Shown here: in pieces, positions 49,833 through 59,541 of the stretch
Layout of the letters: every line of letters starts with the position of its first letter
Position numbering within the stretch: the stretch's first letter is position 1
Assembly: GCA_964628055.1 (NCBI GenBank)
Contig: CAZVNL010000003.1
Location: forward strand, 1,795 to 65,794
Direction of reading: 5' to 3'
Origin: an uncultured bacterium
GTDB lineage: Bacteria > Fidelibacterota > Marinisomatia > Marinisomatales > TCS56
Length of the DNA: 64,000 nucleotides
Notes under the pieces: model-generated
Seen by the model: only the letters and a program-made list of their open reading frames with translations
Databases searched by the model: none
What the model was told of the DNA's origin: nothing
Program-made: the position numbers and the translations under genes

Positions 49833-50681
49833 ATGATGGGTAACAAAAAATACATCTTAATCGTTCCATTATTAGTCAGCCAGCTCTGGGGCCAATTCGG
49901 AAAGGTCACTGTGGTTTTCGATGACCACCTGCTCCGCGACACGGAGCGTCAACTCCTGTACCCTCTCAAAGAGGACATCCAGCGATTCCTGACCACAACC
50001 GTTTGGAATGCAGAGTATAGTGATCTAAATATTCCCCTGCACATACAATTCATTTTCGAAGGCACTGCCACCAAAGGGTCAGTGGAAACCTATTTGGCCC
50101 AAACGCTCGTCACTAACGGCAGCGATCAACGTTATTTCGATACCGCTTTACAATTCTTCTACAACGCTGGAAGCTCCCTCTACTACGATCCAGTACGGTT
50201 TGATCCCCTCACCAGCTTCCTGGCTTACTATGCCTTCCTTGTTTTAGCCATGGAGATGGACACCTACGAACCCAATGGGGGTACTCCGGTCTTTGAACAG
50301 TGTCGGGCCCTTGCCCTGCGCGGAATTGCCAGTGATTACACCCAGGGATGGGATAACCGCATGAAGGAGGTGGATCTGCTCATCTCCAACTTTGGTTTAA
50401 GGAAAGCCCGTTATTCTTATTACTACGCCATGGAGTTGGTGGCCGATGGAGAACTGGCGTATGCCGTGGAACAATTCCAAAAAATGATCGCCGGGCTCAA
50501 CGAGGTTTATGATCGCTCCCCCCGGGAACACTACACCGTTTTATTTTTAGGCGCTCACGCCAAGGACTTGGCTCGTGTCTTAGGGAAATTGCGCCAGAAA
50601 ACGATGTTGGAAAACCTGATGGAATTGGATCGGGATAACGAATCCCTCTACGAAGAAGCTTTACGCGCGATCGCTCCATAA
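49833..50681 (+). CDS. hypothetical secreted protein (possibly DUF4835-like)
   Basis: 282 aa with signal peptide ILIVPLLVSQLWGQ. The family assignment is from memory of overall pattern only. Confidence 0.4.
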   Translation: MMGNKKYILIVPLLVSQLWGQFGKVTVVFDDHLLRDTERQLLYPLKEDIQRFLTTTVWNAEYSDLNIPLHIQFIFEGTATKGSVETYLAQTLVTNGSDQRYFDTALQFFYNAGSSLYYDPVRFDPLTSFLAYYAFLVLAMEMDTYEPNGGTPVFEQCRALALRGIASDYTQGWDNRMKEVDLLISNFGLRKARYSYYYAMELVADGELAYAVEQFQKMIAGLNEVYDRSPREHYTVLFLGAHAKDLARVLGKLRQKTMLENLMELDRDNESLYEEALRAIAP

Positions 50682-51691
50682 GTCTGGTGGCGCATTACAT
50701 AGTGTTCCCAGACGACACTGCCCTTGTAGAAATAACGTAGCAAGAACCGATCTTTCAAGGTCCGTAAAGCACGCATTCGTCGCCGCCGGCGGCTGATAAC
50801 ATGGGGATGGGCCAGAAGCCAACCCTGGGCCATCAAAATACCCTGGACGTGCCTGAAATCCCCCTTTGTTACAGCATAAACAAAAGCCACCCACTCCAAA
50901 GTATACCGTAGGGGGAAAAGGTACAGCGCCAGGGGTAAGTTATAATTAGAAAGCAACATGAGCATGGAATTGCGATGGTTCAGGTAGTACTTCCGGGTAG
51001 AATTCATGGGTAGCGAAACGGCGTTTTTGTGGTACACTACCGATTGGGGAACACACCACACCTGATACCCCATGAGGTACAAACGCCAGCATAAATCCAC
51101 CTCCTCCATGTGGGCAAAGAAGGTTTCATCAAAAGCGCCTGCGGCTAAAAAAAGTTCCTTGCGAAGGAGAATAGCCGTTCCGGAAGCCCAGAAAATTCGC
51201 CGGGGTGTGTCGTATTGCCCCCGATCCACCTCCTGAGCCAAAAAGAGTCTACCCCGGGCAAAGGGAAAGCATAATACATCCATGAGCCCCCCGGCAGCAC
51301 CGGCGTAGTCGAAACGATCCCGCTGATAATAATTCAATAACTTAGGTTGCACGGCTGCCACCCGGTCGTGGGTATCAAGATACTCCACTAACGGCTCAAT
51401 CCAATCCGGCTCTTGAACAGTGTCGTTATTTAAAAACAAGACGTAGTCACCTTTGGCCTGGGTTACCCCACGGTTACACCCTCCGGCATAGCCATAGTTG
51501 CGTTTCAACTCCACGAGATGCACTTCGGGGTGATGTTCTTTTACCCATTCGGGACTCCCATCATCCGAACCATTGTCTACAACAATAATCTCCAGTGAGT
51601 TGTAGGTCGCCTGTTGGAGCGAAGCCAGACACTCCTTCAACACCGCTACCCCATTCCAATGAGGTATGATGATGGAGACTCGGAGGTGCAT
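50648..51691 (-). CDS. glycosyltransferase family 2
   Basis: 347 aa. Motifs SIIIPHWNG, VVDNGSDDGS, FLNNDT and a GT-A fold DxD region. Confidence 0.85.
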   Translation of the reverse strand: MHLRVSIIIPHWNGVAVLKECLASLQQATYNSLEIIVVDNGSDDGSPEWVKEHHPEVHLVELKRNYGYAGGCNRGVTQAKGDYVLFLNNDTVQEPDWIEPLVEYLDTHDRVAAVQPKLLNYYQRDRFDYAGAAGGLMDVLCFPFARGRLFLAQEVDRGQYDTPRRIFWASGTAILLRKELFLAAGAFDETFFAHMEEVDLCWRLYLMGYQVWCVPQSVVYHKNAVSLPMNSTRKYYLNHRNSMLMLLSNYNLPLALYLFPLRYTLEWVAFVYAVTKGDFRHVQGILMAQGWLLAHPHVISRRRRRMRALRTLKDRFLLRYFYKGSVVWEHYVMRHQTYGAIARKASS

Positions 51692-51838
51692 GGATTTAAA
51701 AAAGACTAATCGTAAGGTCTAAAAGATAGTGATCGTAAAGTCACGTCAAATAGGGTAATCCCGGGTCGGTTTATCGTACCCTCTCCAGGTCACAAAGGCG
51801 CTGATAGGTTTTTATGGAGCTTGGTAAATTAACGAACT

Positions 51839-54772
51839 TCAAAGATCGTTTTGTTGACGGATTTCCTCCAACATGCGTTTGGCTTCCTGATCCTGGGGAT
51901 TTTCCTCCAACCAGGTAGTCAACACCGCCTCCGCCTCGGCGGGTAATTCCAACTTTTTGTAGGCAAAGACCAGATGGGAAACAATCTCCGGATACACTTT
52001 CATCCATTCCGACCAAGCCTTCTGGCTGACTCCGCTGTTTTGAATACCGCCCGACTGAATCCGGGTCTTTAACTCCTGGTATATCCGATACAGTCCTGCG
52101 AAAATGTCTTTCCCGCGCTCATAATCCTGCAACTCTATTAAATAAGATTGCCCATAGATGATACGATCCCGAAGGGATAAGTCGTGCCGTTTTAGGAGCG
52201 CATCCAGCACCTGGCGCAATTTCTCTGGATTCCCCAAACCGTAATACAAACGACCCAGTTGATAATAAAGTTCTTTGGAATCCATCCTAATCGTTTCTTC
52301 GGGAATATTCGTGGCCATTTTCTCCAGAACATCTATTACCTGTTGTTTACTTTGGGCAATCTGTACGGAATCAACCCCGGGATTTCGGCTTATCCGTTGA
52401 TACTCCAGGAAATCGTGCACCGCCAATTGCATGTAGGCACTGCGATAATTTTGCAAGAGGCGGATAATCTGGGGATTGTAATAGACTTCTGGATTTCCCA
52501 AGTGACGGAAGAGATATTTATCATTATTGTCCCGGAACCAATATTTCCCTTCCGCTTTTTGCCAATCCCAGCCTCCAAAAGGTTGAGACCAGGTTTCGGC
52601 ATCGATGTCGGTCATGAGGTGGGCGGCCATACGATCGGGGTTAATACTCTTGGTAGGATAGGGGCGGAGTCGGTAGGTGAGACCTTCCATTTCCAGGTAT
52701 TTTTCCAACCCGATGCGGTTCCCCGGGGAGACCGTCACGGCAAAATAAATGGGAACCCGCCAGTTGGCATCATTAATGATCTGCATGATCATCAAGTCCT
52801 GAACCTTCAAAGCTACCTTGGCATAAGTGGGCTTCACGGTCCAGGTGATCTGTTGTTTGCTCTTTACCGGAAAAGTTACCTCCCGCGTGCTCCAACGCTG
52901 CAATCCCGCCGTTAAACGATCAATTTGGTCATCGGTAAGTTTCACAAAGCGCGTGGAGTCCGGCCGCGCGTCGCGCAACTGACGGATATACCAGGGAGTA
53001 TTCAACAGGCTGAGATTGGCTACCGTCACGTCCCGACGAATCCCCTCCACCTCCTGGAGATACCACACGGGGAAAGTGTCGTTATCCCCATTCGTGAACA
53101 GTACCCCATTCGGTTCACAAGACTGGAGCAGGTTGTAACTATAATCCCAGGCCAAGAAGTTCCCGGAACGGTCGTGGGTGTGGTAATTTGCTTTCAGCAT
53201 CACACCCGGGATCAGAAACAACTGGGCCACAATGGCCGCTACCGTCACCTTACGGCCCGGATTATCACCAAAGCGTTTTAACAGCCACTCATGGAGGGCC
53301 GCGGCACCTATCCCAATCCAGATGGAGAAAGCCAAGAAACTGCCCACGTAGGAATAATCCCGTTCTCGCGGTTGGGGATTGTCCTGGTTAAGGTAAACAA
53401 TAATGGCCATACCGGTCATAAGGAACAGGGTAGCCACCAGAAAGGCTTTTTCACCATCCCGTTTAAAATGATAGAACATGCCCCCCAATCCCAATAAAAA
53501 GGCTAAGGGTAAGCCGAATTGAAACCAATCTACCCCGTCTTGAGGGGTGGGATGCGTTAGGGGATTTGCCCCCATAGCTGTGACCCCTGGACTACCGGCA
53601 GGACCCCGCCCTGCAAACTGCCAGAGAAAATAGCGCCAGTACATTTTTTTTACTTGGTAGCTCCAGAAGAAGTCCCACTGCTTCCCCAGGTTGTAGGTCA
53701 TGTAGCGCCGTTTTTGCTGCGCCGTATACTTACCATTGGTAGGTGGCCCAACAACTTCGTGCTGAGGCGGCAACCCGTCATAACGCCGGGGCAGTTGTCC
53801 TACCCTTCCATACTGTTCCCTTTCCAGGTACGAGATGGCGGCAGCTATAGTCTCCGGATCATTTTCGTTAATACCCGGGTCCTTCTGTGAACGGATGAAA
53901 ATCAAAGCGTAACTGGAATAACCAATCAGGATCAATACTGCCGAGGTCATAGCCACGGAAAGCATCTGTTTCTTGTTAGCAATGGCCCATACCATGCCTC
54001 CAGCCACCAAAAGAACGGCCAGGATTACCCCTAACAACCCAAAGCTCCGGGCTAACTTTGGCAATCCTTTAATGATGCCATTGTGAATGATTAGAAAGGT
54101 TACCCCGGTAATCAGGATGGCGACGAAAAAGGTTTTCCAACTGAATTTCAGTTTACGAAAATAGATGACCAGGGCGATAAAGGGCAGGGTGAGGAGATTC
54201 AACAAATGCACCCCGGTGGCTAGGCCTAACATATACGCGATAATCAAAATGTACCGCTCACTTCCCGGTTGGTCCTCACGTTCGTTCCAAAGCAGGATAA
54301 GCCACACCACGATCGCTGTAAAGAAGGTGCTCATGGCATAAACCTCGGCTTCCACGGCGTTGAACCAATGGCTATCGGTGAAAGCAAATGTCAGGGAGCC
54401 TACCAGTGCCCCACCAAAGGCCACCAAAACATCTTTCCGGTTTTCAATTGGGCCGCGCCATTGAGTCACAAATTTCACAATGATCAGATACAGCAACATA
54501 ACCGCCACGGCGCTTACAATGGGCGATATAAGATTCACCCGGTAGCCAACATCCCCGCTGAAGGGAATCATGGAAATAATCCGTCCTAAGATGAGATAGA
54601 GGGGACTACCCGGTGGATGGGGAACCCCTAACGTGTAGGAAGTGGCAATAAATTCACCACAATCCCAATAAGAAACCGTGGGAGCCATGGTGGCAAAATA
54701 GACGATAAACGAAATCAGGAGAATGACTCCCGCAATAATCCGATTTAATCGGAGGTAATTTCTATCAATCAC
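51839..54772 (-). CDS. DUF2723-family polytopic membrane protein (putative glycosyltransferase) with a TPR-like C-terminal domain
   Basis: 977 aa. N-terminal YWDCGEFIA motif, more than 10 TM helices and a large soluble C-terminal half. Confidence 0.75.
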   Translation of the reverse strand: MIDRNYLRLNRIIAGVILLISFIVYFATMAPTVSYWDCGEFIATSYTLGVPHPPGSPLYLILGRIISMIPFSGDVGYRVNLISPIVSAVAVMLLYLIIVKFVTQWRGPIENRKDVLVAFGGALVGSLTFAFTDSHWFNAVEAEVYAMSTFFTAIVVWLILLWNEREDQPGSERYILIIAYMLGLATGVHLLNLLTLPFIALVIYFRKLKFSWKTFFVAILITGVTFLIIHNGIIKGLPKLARSFGLLGVILAVLLVAGGMVWAIANKKQMLSVAMTSAVLILIGYSSYALIFIRSQKDPGINENDPETIAAAISYLEREQYGRVGQLPRRYDGLPPQHEVVGPPTNGKYTAQQKRRYMTYNLGKQWDFFWSYQVKKMYWRYFLWQFAGRGPAGSPGVTAMGANPLTHPTPQDGVDWFQFGLPLAFLLGLGGMFYHFKRDGEKAFLVATLFLMTGMAIIVYLNQDNPQPRERDYSYVGSFLAFSIWIGIGAAALHEWLLKRFGDNPGRKVTVAAIVAQLFLIPGVMLKANYHTHDRSGNFLAWDYSYNLLQSCEPNGVLFTNGDNDTFPVWYLQEVEGIRRDVTVANLSLLNTPWYIRQLRDARPDSTRFVKLTDDQIDRLTAGLQRWSTREVTFPVKSKQQITWTVKPTYAKVALKVQDLMIMQIINDANWRVPIYFAVTVSPGNRIGLEKYLEMEGLTYRLRPYPTKSINPDRMAAHLMTDIDAETWSQPFGGWDWQKAEGKYWFRDNNDKYLFRHLGNPEVYYNPQIIRLLQNYRSAYMQLAVHDFLEYQRISRNPGVDSVQIAQSKQQVIDVLEKMATNIPEETIRMDSKELYYQLGRLYYGLGNPEKLRQVLDALLKRHDLSLRDRIIYGQSYLIELQDYERGKDIFAGLYRIYQELKTRIQSGGIQNSGVSQKAWSEWMKVYPEIVSHLVFAYKKLELPAEAEAVLTTWLEENPQDQEAKRMLEEIRQQNDL

Positions 54773-55164
54773 GACTCAGTGGTTCCTGACTGAGCGTCCT
54801 GCTGTTCCTGTTCCCCGGCCGTGTCTGGTGGATCCTTGGCATCTTTTTGCTCAGTAGAAGGCTCTTCTTTCGAACTGCTTTCTTTGGACTCTTTGGCGGC
54901 CTTTTGTTCTTCAACGTAATTAATCTTTAGCTCCCGGATTACATGGGTTAAATATTGCTCCTCGGCCTCCGAAAGGTTGCCGGTCATCCGTTTGTAGAGC
55001 ATGTCTAACATATCGATTGACGTGGCTGCTTGTTGAAGATCCCGCTCCAGTTTATCCGTCATGGGATTCTTGATTTTACCCATAGCAACCCAGGCGCTAT
55101 GTACCAGAGATGAGATTAACTGGTCAAAGAGCTGTTCTTCGGTTAAGCGACTTTCCAGAGCCAT
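54769..55164 (-). CDS. DUF1844-like protein
   Basis: 131 aa. The pattern FDQLISSLVHSAWVAMGKIKNP..LERDLQQAATSIDMLDMLYKRMTGNLSEAEEQYL matches my memory of DUF1844. Acidic tail. 4-nt overlap with the downstream gene. Confidence 0.6.
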   Translation of the reverse strand: MALESRLTEEQLFDQLISSLVHSAWVAMGKIKNPMTDKLERDLQQAATSIDMLDMLYKRMTGNLSEAEEQYLTHVIRELKINYVEEQKAAKESKESSSKEEPSTEQKDAKDPPDTAGEQEQQDAQSGTTES

Positions 55165-55426
55165 AATACCCCACTGCGGTTAGTGTTTGACAAACGTTAA
55201 GACCTAACGATGGGTTCCCAATAACCTCCTGTCTTGGATAACAGGAAATAAAGCCCCGTAATTTAGGTTAGGGAGGGGAAAAGGATGAAATAATAATCAC
55301 CCTCTGTTGTGACCGTTCTTATAATCGACGAGCTCCCTTGGAGGAAGAACGCTTCCCAGCGCTCCCTTCCCCGAAAGAGAGCTGAACGATTAGAGGGTTA
55401 TATGTTTGTTGAGCCGATAAGCGGAT

Positions 55427-55699
55427 TTAGTATCGGCGCGGACGGGAGGGCCGTTCGCCCCGGGGACGGGCTTGGTTCACCCGTAGATTACGTCCATTGA
55501 CTTCAGCTTCGTTTAAAGCTTTTATCGCTTCCTCAGCTTCAGCGTCATTGGGCATCTCTACAAAACCAAATCCCTTGGACTGACCCGAATAGCGATCGGT
55601 AATAATATTAACACTCGCTACTTCTCCATACTCAGAAAACATATTTCTGACTTCTTCTTCGGTAAGGCTATACGCCATATTACCTACGTATATATTCAT
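55427..55699 (-). CDS. RRM-type RNA-binding protein
   Basis: 90 aa. RNP2 IYVGNM and RNP1 KGFGFVEM, with an Arg-rich tail. Confidence 0.9.
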   Translation of the reverse strand: MNIYVGNMAYSLTEEEVRNMFSEYGEVASVNIITDRYSGQSKGFGFVEMPNDAEAEEAIKALNEAEVNGRNLRVNQARPRGERPSRPRRY

Positions 55700-56025
55700 C
55701 GAACATTCCTTTGCATTGAAGCGCTGTCGAAGTTACGCTACCGCCTAACCAACGCGAACATTAAGCGCTAACGACCACCCAGTAATTGGTTGGTGGCTTT
55801 ATGGGGAACATCAAATTTATGAGGCCCCCTCCATTGGTTGATTGAGTATTAAAGCGCCAACCAGATGATTAACCGGGTATATGCTATCAATCAACCGTTA
55901 CGGAAACTAAGGCAGGATAGTGGTCCTACCAAGGATAAACATTTACCATCGTAAAATTCTTTTAGCGCCGTTTTCGCCACCGAAAGAAAGTATTCCGAGA
56001 GGAAAAAGAGCCCAGGCCTACCTCG

Positions 56026-58092
56026 CTAACCCACATTAACCTGTTTCAATAAGGGTTGGTAATCCTTCAGAAATCGGTCCCGTAGAAGACGATGCTCCAC
56101 ATCCCCCAGGCGAGGGTCTTTTTCCACCAGCGTAAAAGCCGCCTGGCGGGCTTTCTTGATTATGGGTCCGTCAAACACCAAATCGGCAATCCGGTACTTT
56201 AAGAAACCGCTCTGACGACGACCATAAAACTCTCCTGGCCCACGCATTTTTAAATCTTCAGCAGCGATCACAAAGCCATCGCTCGTCTTTTCGATAATGG
56301 CTAAGCGTTCCTGAGCTTCGGCAGTGGGTTTACGCTGGACCAGAATACAATAACTTTTTTCGCTACCCCGCCCCACCCGGCCACGCAACTGGTGTAGCTG
56401 TGTCAATCCGAAACGGTCGGCATGTTCCACCAACATGACGGTAGCATTGGGAACGTCTATTCCCACCTCAATTACTGTGGTGGAGACTAAAATTTGCAGT
56501 TCGTTCCGGGCAAAGGCATCCATCACCGCATCTTTTTTCTCCTTTTTCATTCTCCCGTGCAGGAGGCCCACTTCAACCTCTGGGAAAATATGGGTAGACA
56601 GGTATTCGTGTCCCTCTACTGCCGCCGCCACGTCGCTGCGCTCTGTTTCCTCCACCAGCGGGAACACCACCATACACTGACGCCCACGACGTACCTCTGC
56701 GGCCATGAAACGGTAGATTTTAGGCAGACGGTCAGGGTCTACCACCGTCGTGATTACCGGTTTACGATCTTTCGGCATTTCATCGATGATGGAAAGATCC
56801 ATGTCTCCGTGGTAGGTGATCGCCAGGGTCCGGGGAATGGGTGTAGCCGTCATGGCTAAGAAATGGGGATTATAGCCTTTGGCTTGCAAATCCCCCCGCT
56901 GAACCACGCCAAACCGGTGCTGTTCATCTACGATCACCAGCCCCAATTCACGAAAGGTGACATCCTTCTGAATGAGCGCGTGGGTTCCAACGACAATACC
57001 CACACGGCCTGCTGCCAAACCGGTAAGGACCTTGCGCCGCTCCTGAGCCGGAAGATTCCCCACTAAAAGGGCACAACTGAGATGGACTAAATCCGCGTAT
57101 CGTTTGAAAGAACGATAGTGTTGATGAGCCAATATCTCGGTGGGGGCCATGACAGCCACCTGGACCCCGTTGGCCACGGCTATGGCCGCCGTTAAAACGG
57201 CCACGATCGTCTTTCCCGAACCCACATCCCCTTGAAGGAGACGATTCATGGGAACCGGACGCGCCAGATCCTGGCGTATCTCCCGCAAAACCAGCTTCTG
57301 AGCATCAGTAAGTTCAAAATCCAACCTGTCATATATCCGTCGTACAGCCGGTCCTACTTTGGCCAGCGGTTTGGCGCCCAAATGCTGGTTCGTCGCGCGT
57401 CGCAATGCCATGAGGAGTTGGAGAAAAAAATGTTCATCAAACTTCAGGCGGTAGATGGACCGCTTCAATTGGGCTTCATTCTCGGCGAAGTGTATCCACT
57501 GGAGGGCATCGTCCAAAGGAATTAAGCGGTATTGCTCCCGGAAGGCAACAGGAAAATGATCGCTCACTACCGGTTCACTTTCCAGAATCCGTCGCAAGAG
57601 ACGGCGTAAACCCAGATTATCCAACCCCACCTCTTTCAGCTCCTGAGTAAGGGGATAAAGGGGAACAATGGCACCGGAATTAATGGGGTCCTCCCCTGTT
57701 TTAAGCTGGTCATATTCCGGATGGACGAGCTGATAACCGTTGTAGAACTCTACCTTACCGTGGGCTGCCAGGAGGGCGCCTTTTTGGATCGATTTTTTAA
57801 CATAAGGCACAGCGTTAAACCAGGTGAGGGTCACATAACCCGTCCCGTCATAGAGGATGGCTTGAAAGAGTTTTCGTCGCCGTGTCTGCCGTTCATCCGC
57901 CACCTGTACCGTCCCCACTACCGTTACGACCTGGTCTTTTTGCAGGTCTTTTAGGGGGGTTACAGTGGTACGGTCTAAATGCCGGCGGGGAAAATAATAT
58001 AACAGATCGGAAAGTGTTTCAACGCCTGCTTTTTGCAGCGCCTCCGCTCGGCGGGGACCCACTCCTTTGATAAATTGAACTGGTGTTGCCAT
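56026..58092 (-). CDS. recG: ATP-dependent DNA helicase RecG
   Basis: Wedge domain, motif I GDVGSGKT, motif II DEQHRFG and motif VI QLRGRVGRG. ATG 58092 (MATPVQFIKGVG) is preferred. GTG 58122 is also open. Confidence 0.9.
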   Translation of the reverse strand: MATPVQFIKGVGPRRAEALQKAGVETLSDLLYYFPRRHLDRTTVTPLKDLQKDQVVTVVGTVQVADERQTRRRKLFQAILYDGTGYVTLTWFNAVPYVKKSIQKGALLAAHGKVEFYNGYQLVHPEYDQLKTGEDPINSGAIVPLYPLTQELKEVGLDNLGLRRLLRRILESEPVVSDHFPVAFREQYRLIPLDDALQWIHFAENEAQLKRSIYRLKFDEHFFLQLLMALRRATNQHLGAKPLAKVGPAVRRIYDRLDFELTDAQKLVLREIRQDLARPVPMNRLLQGDVGSGKTIVAVLTAAIAVANGVQVAVMAPTEILAHQHYRSFKRYADLVHLSCALLVGNLPAQERRKVLTGLAAGRVGIVVGTHALIQKDVTFRELGLVIVDEQHRFGVVQRGDLQAKGYNPHFLAMTATPIPRTLAITYHGDMDLSIIDEMPKDRKPVITTVVDPDRLPKIYRFMAAEVRRGRQCMVVFPLVEETERSDVAAAVEGHEYLSTHIFPEVEVGLLHGRMKKEKKDAVMDAFARNELQILVSTTVIEVGIDVPNATVMLVEHADRFGLTQLHQLRGRVGRGSEKSYCILVQRKPTAEAQERLAIIEKTSDGFVIAAEDLKMRGPGEFYGRRQSGFLKYRIADLVFDGPIIKKARQAAFTLVEKDPRLGDVEHRLLRDRFLKDYQPLLKQVNVG

Positions 58093-58191
58093 CTGCAGGG
58101 GAGGTCGCGGGGCGGAATTCACAAACTACACTGAAAAAGGGTGAAATGTCCGGCCGCTACACCTAAATATTAGCTAAAACTTCAGGGAGCC

Positions 58192-59541
58192 CTATTTCCA
58201 CTCCTTGCGATAGGTGTAAGTCACCACTTTGGAAGCCTCTGGCAACACCATGAGCGGGATATGAATAGTGGAAGCATCTTTCTTTAAATAATTGTCAGAG
58301 GCCTCCCGAATCACCCAATCACCCCTGATGTGTTCAATGAGACGCACCTGAATTGTGTCTGTGCGAGTATTCGTAACCTGGATTTCGATGGAGGCTTCCT
58401 CGCTTTTCCGTTGCCGGTCGTAGTTCAGGATACGTCGTTTACCCACCACGTCAAAGGCTCGCCCGGCAATAAGGGTAGCGGTTCCCCCGCGGGGGACCTG
58501 CTTGATCCGATCTTCTCCGGTGAATTCCAGGTTCCCGGAAGAGGTTTGCAAATACAACTCGATTTTCCCTTCAGGTAAGGGAACGTTCAGGTTATTTTCT
58601 TCGGTATTGGCGAAGACATATTCTACGGACAAAGGTTCTTCCCTTTGGCTACGTTCGGAGTTCTCAAAGAGATACGTTTTTTGGTAGGTTATCTCCCGGG
58701 GATCATAGATGCGGATCGTAACGCTCTCGCTCCCCCGGAAGACCATGCGCTCCGGGATTGTGTAAATGTGATAATCACCTAAGCGTTCCTCCGTAGGGAG
58801 GGACCCTTCATCAAAGGCCAATTGCGCCTTGAACTGAGCCCCTTCTGGGCCACCCCGCCGCCGACCGAGCTTGCTGATACGCTTCAACTTCCCTTCCACT
58901 AATTGCAAATTCAGGTTGGTAAAGTCCACATTGCTACCGTTTTTAACGAAGGCCTCCGTGAGGAGCGTCGCCTGGGACCATTCCGGCTGGACAATCAACC
59001 GATATACGGCATCCCAATCGAAACCCTCGGTAAGATAGACCAAATCCCCTTTCAACACGCCGGCTTGGGCAGGGCGAATATCCCATTCCAAAGTGGGATA
59101 AAATTGCGGTTGGTCAACGATGCCCTTGATTATAAGATAAGCGATGCGCTCCCGGGGAATGATATAAACCTCTTTCCGACCCTGCACGGTAATCCCAGTG
59201 GAGCTCAATTCCAACAGGTTGCCTACCACCTCCTTACCGGTTTGAATGCGAACGGTGACCTCTTTCCCGATCTGTTCCTGGAGGTAGGCGGCTCCTGAGA
59301 ACACTTTTCCCACGTAACGCTGGCGCAGGATAGAAGCCCCCTCTAAAGTCAAAAAGGGCGAATCTAAAATTAACCCGCGGGGTAAATTCTCGTGATGGAT
59401 GGCTGTGCGCCCTCTCTCAACGGTCCATTGGACCGGCTGTTTTACCAGGGCATACCCATCTTTGTAAATCGTCATAGTTGCCCGATCGGATTGACTAAAC
59501 CCGACCGCTACCAGAAAGAGAAGGTTTAAAAATAGTCTCAT
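58192..59541 (-). CDS. hypothetical secreted protein (DUF4139/MuiA-like?)
   Basis: 449 aa with a signal peptide and a beta-rich body. The start overlaps the valS stop by 4 nt. The family name is tentative. Confidence 0.45.
   Translation of the reverse strand: MRLFLNLLFLVAVGFSQSDRATMTIYKDGYALVKQPVQWTVERGRTAIHHENLPRGLILDSPFLTLEGASILRQRYVGKVFSGAAYLQEQIGKEVTVRIQTGKEVVGNLLELSSTGITVQGRKEVYIIPRERIAYLIIKGIVDQPQFYPTLEWDIRPAQAGVLKGDLVYLTEGFDWDAVYRLIVQPEWSQATLLTEAFVKNGSNVDFTNLNLQLVEGKLKRISKLGRRRGGPEGAQFKAQLAFDEGSLPTEERLGDYHIYTIPERMVFRGSESVTIRIYDPREITYQKTYLFENSERSQREEPLSVEYVFANTEENNLNVPLPEGKIELYLQTSSGNLEFTGEDRIKQVPRGGTATLIAGRAFDVVGKRRILNYDRQRKSEEASIEIQVTNTRTDTIQVRLIEHIRGDWVIREASDNYLKKDASTIHIPLMVLPEASKVVTYTYRKEWK

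Noticed and set aside
50648-50681. 34-nt convergent overlap between the DUF4835-like gene and the GT2 gene
   Set aside because: Convergent 3' overlaps of this size are common, and no special sequence feature was seen.
52259-52915. Long antisense ORFs. This 218-aa one is an example; others are at 28893..29399, 44796..45230, 3831..4331, 60741..61241 and 35823..36203.
   Set aside because: All lie entirely within, and opposite to, well-supported conserved genes. Their compositions are low-complexity or Arg/Gly/Pro-rich, typical of shadow ORFs.
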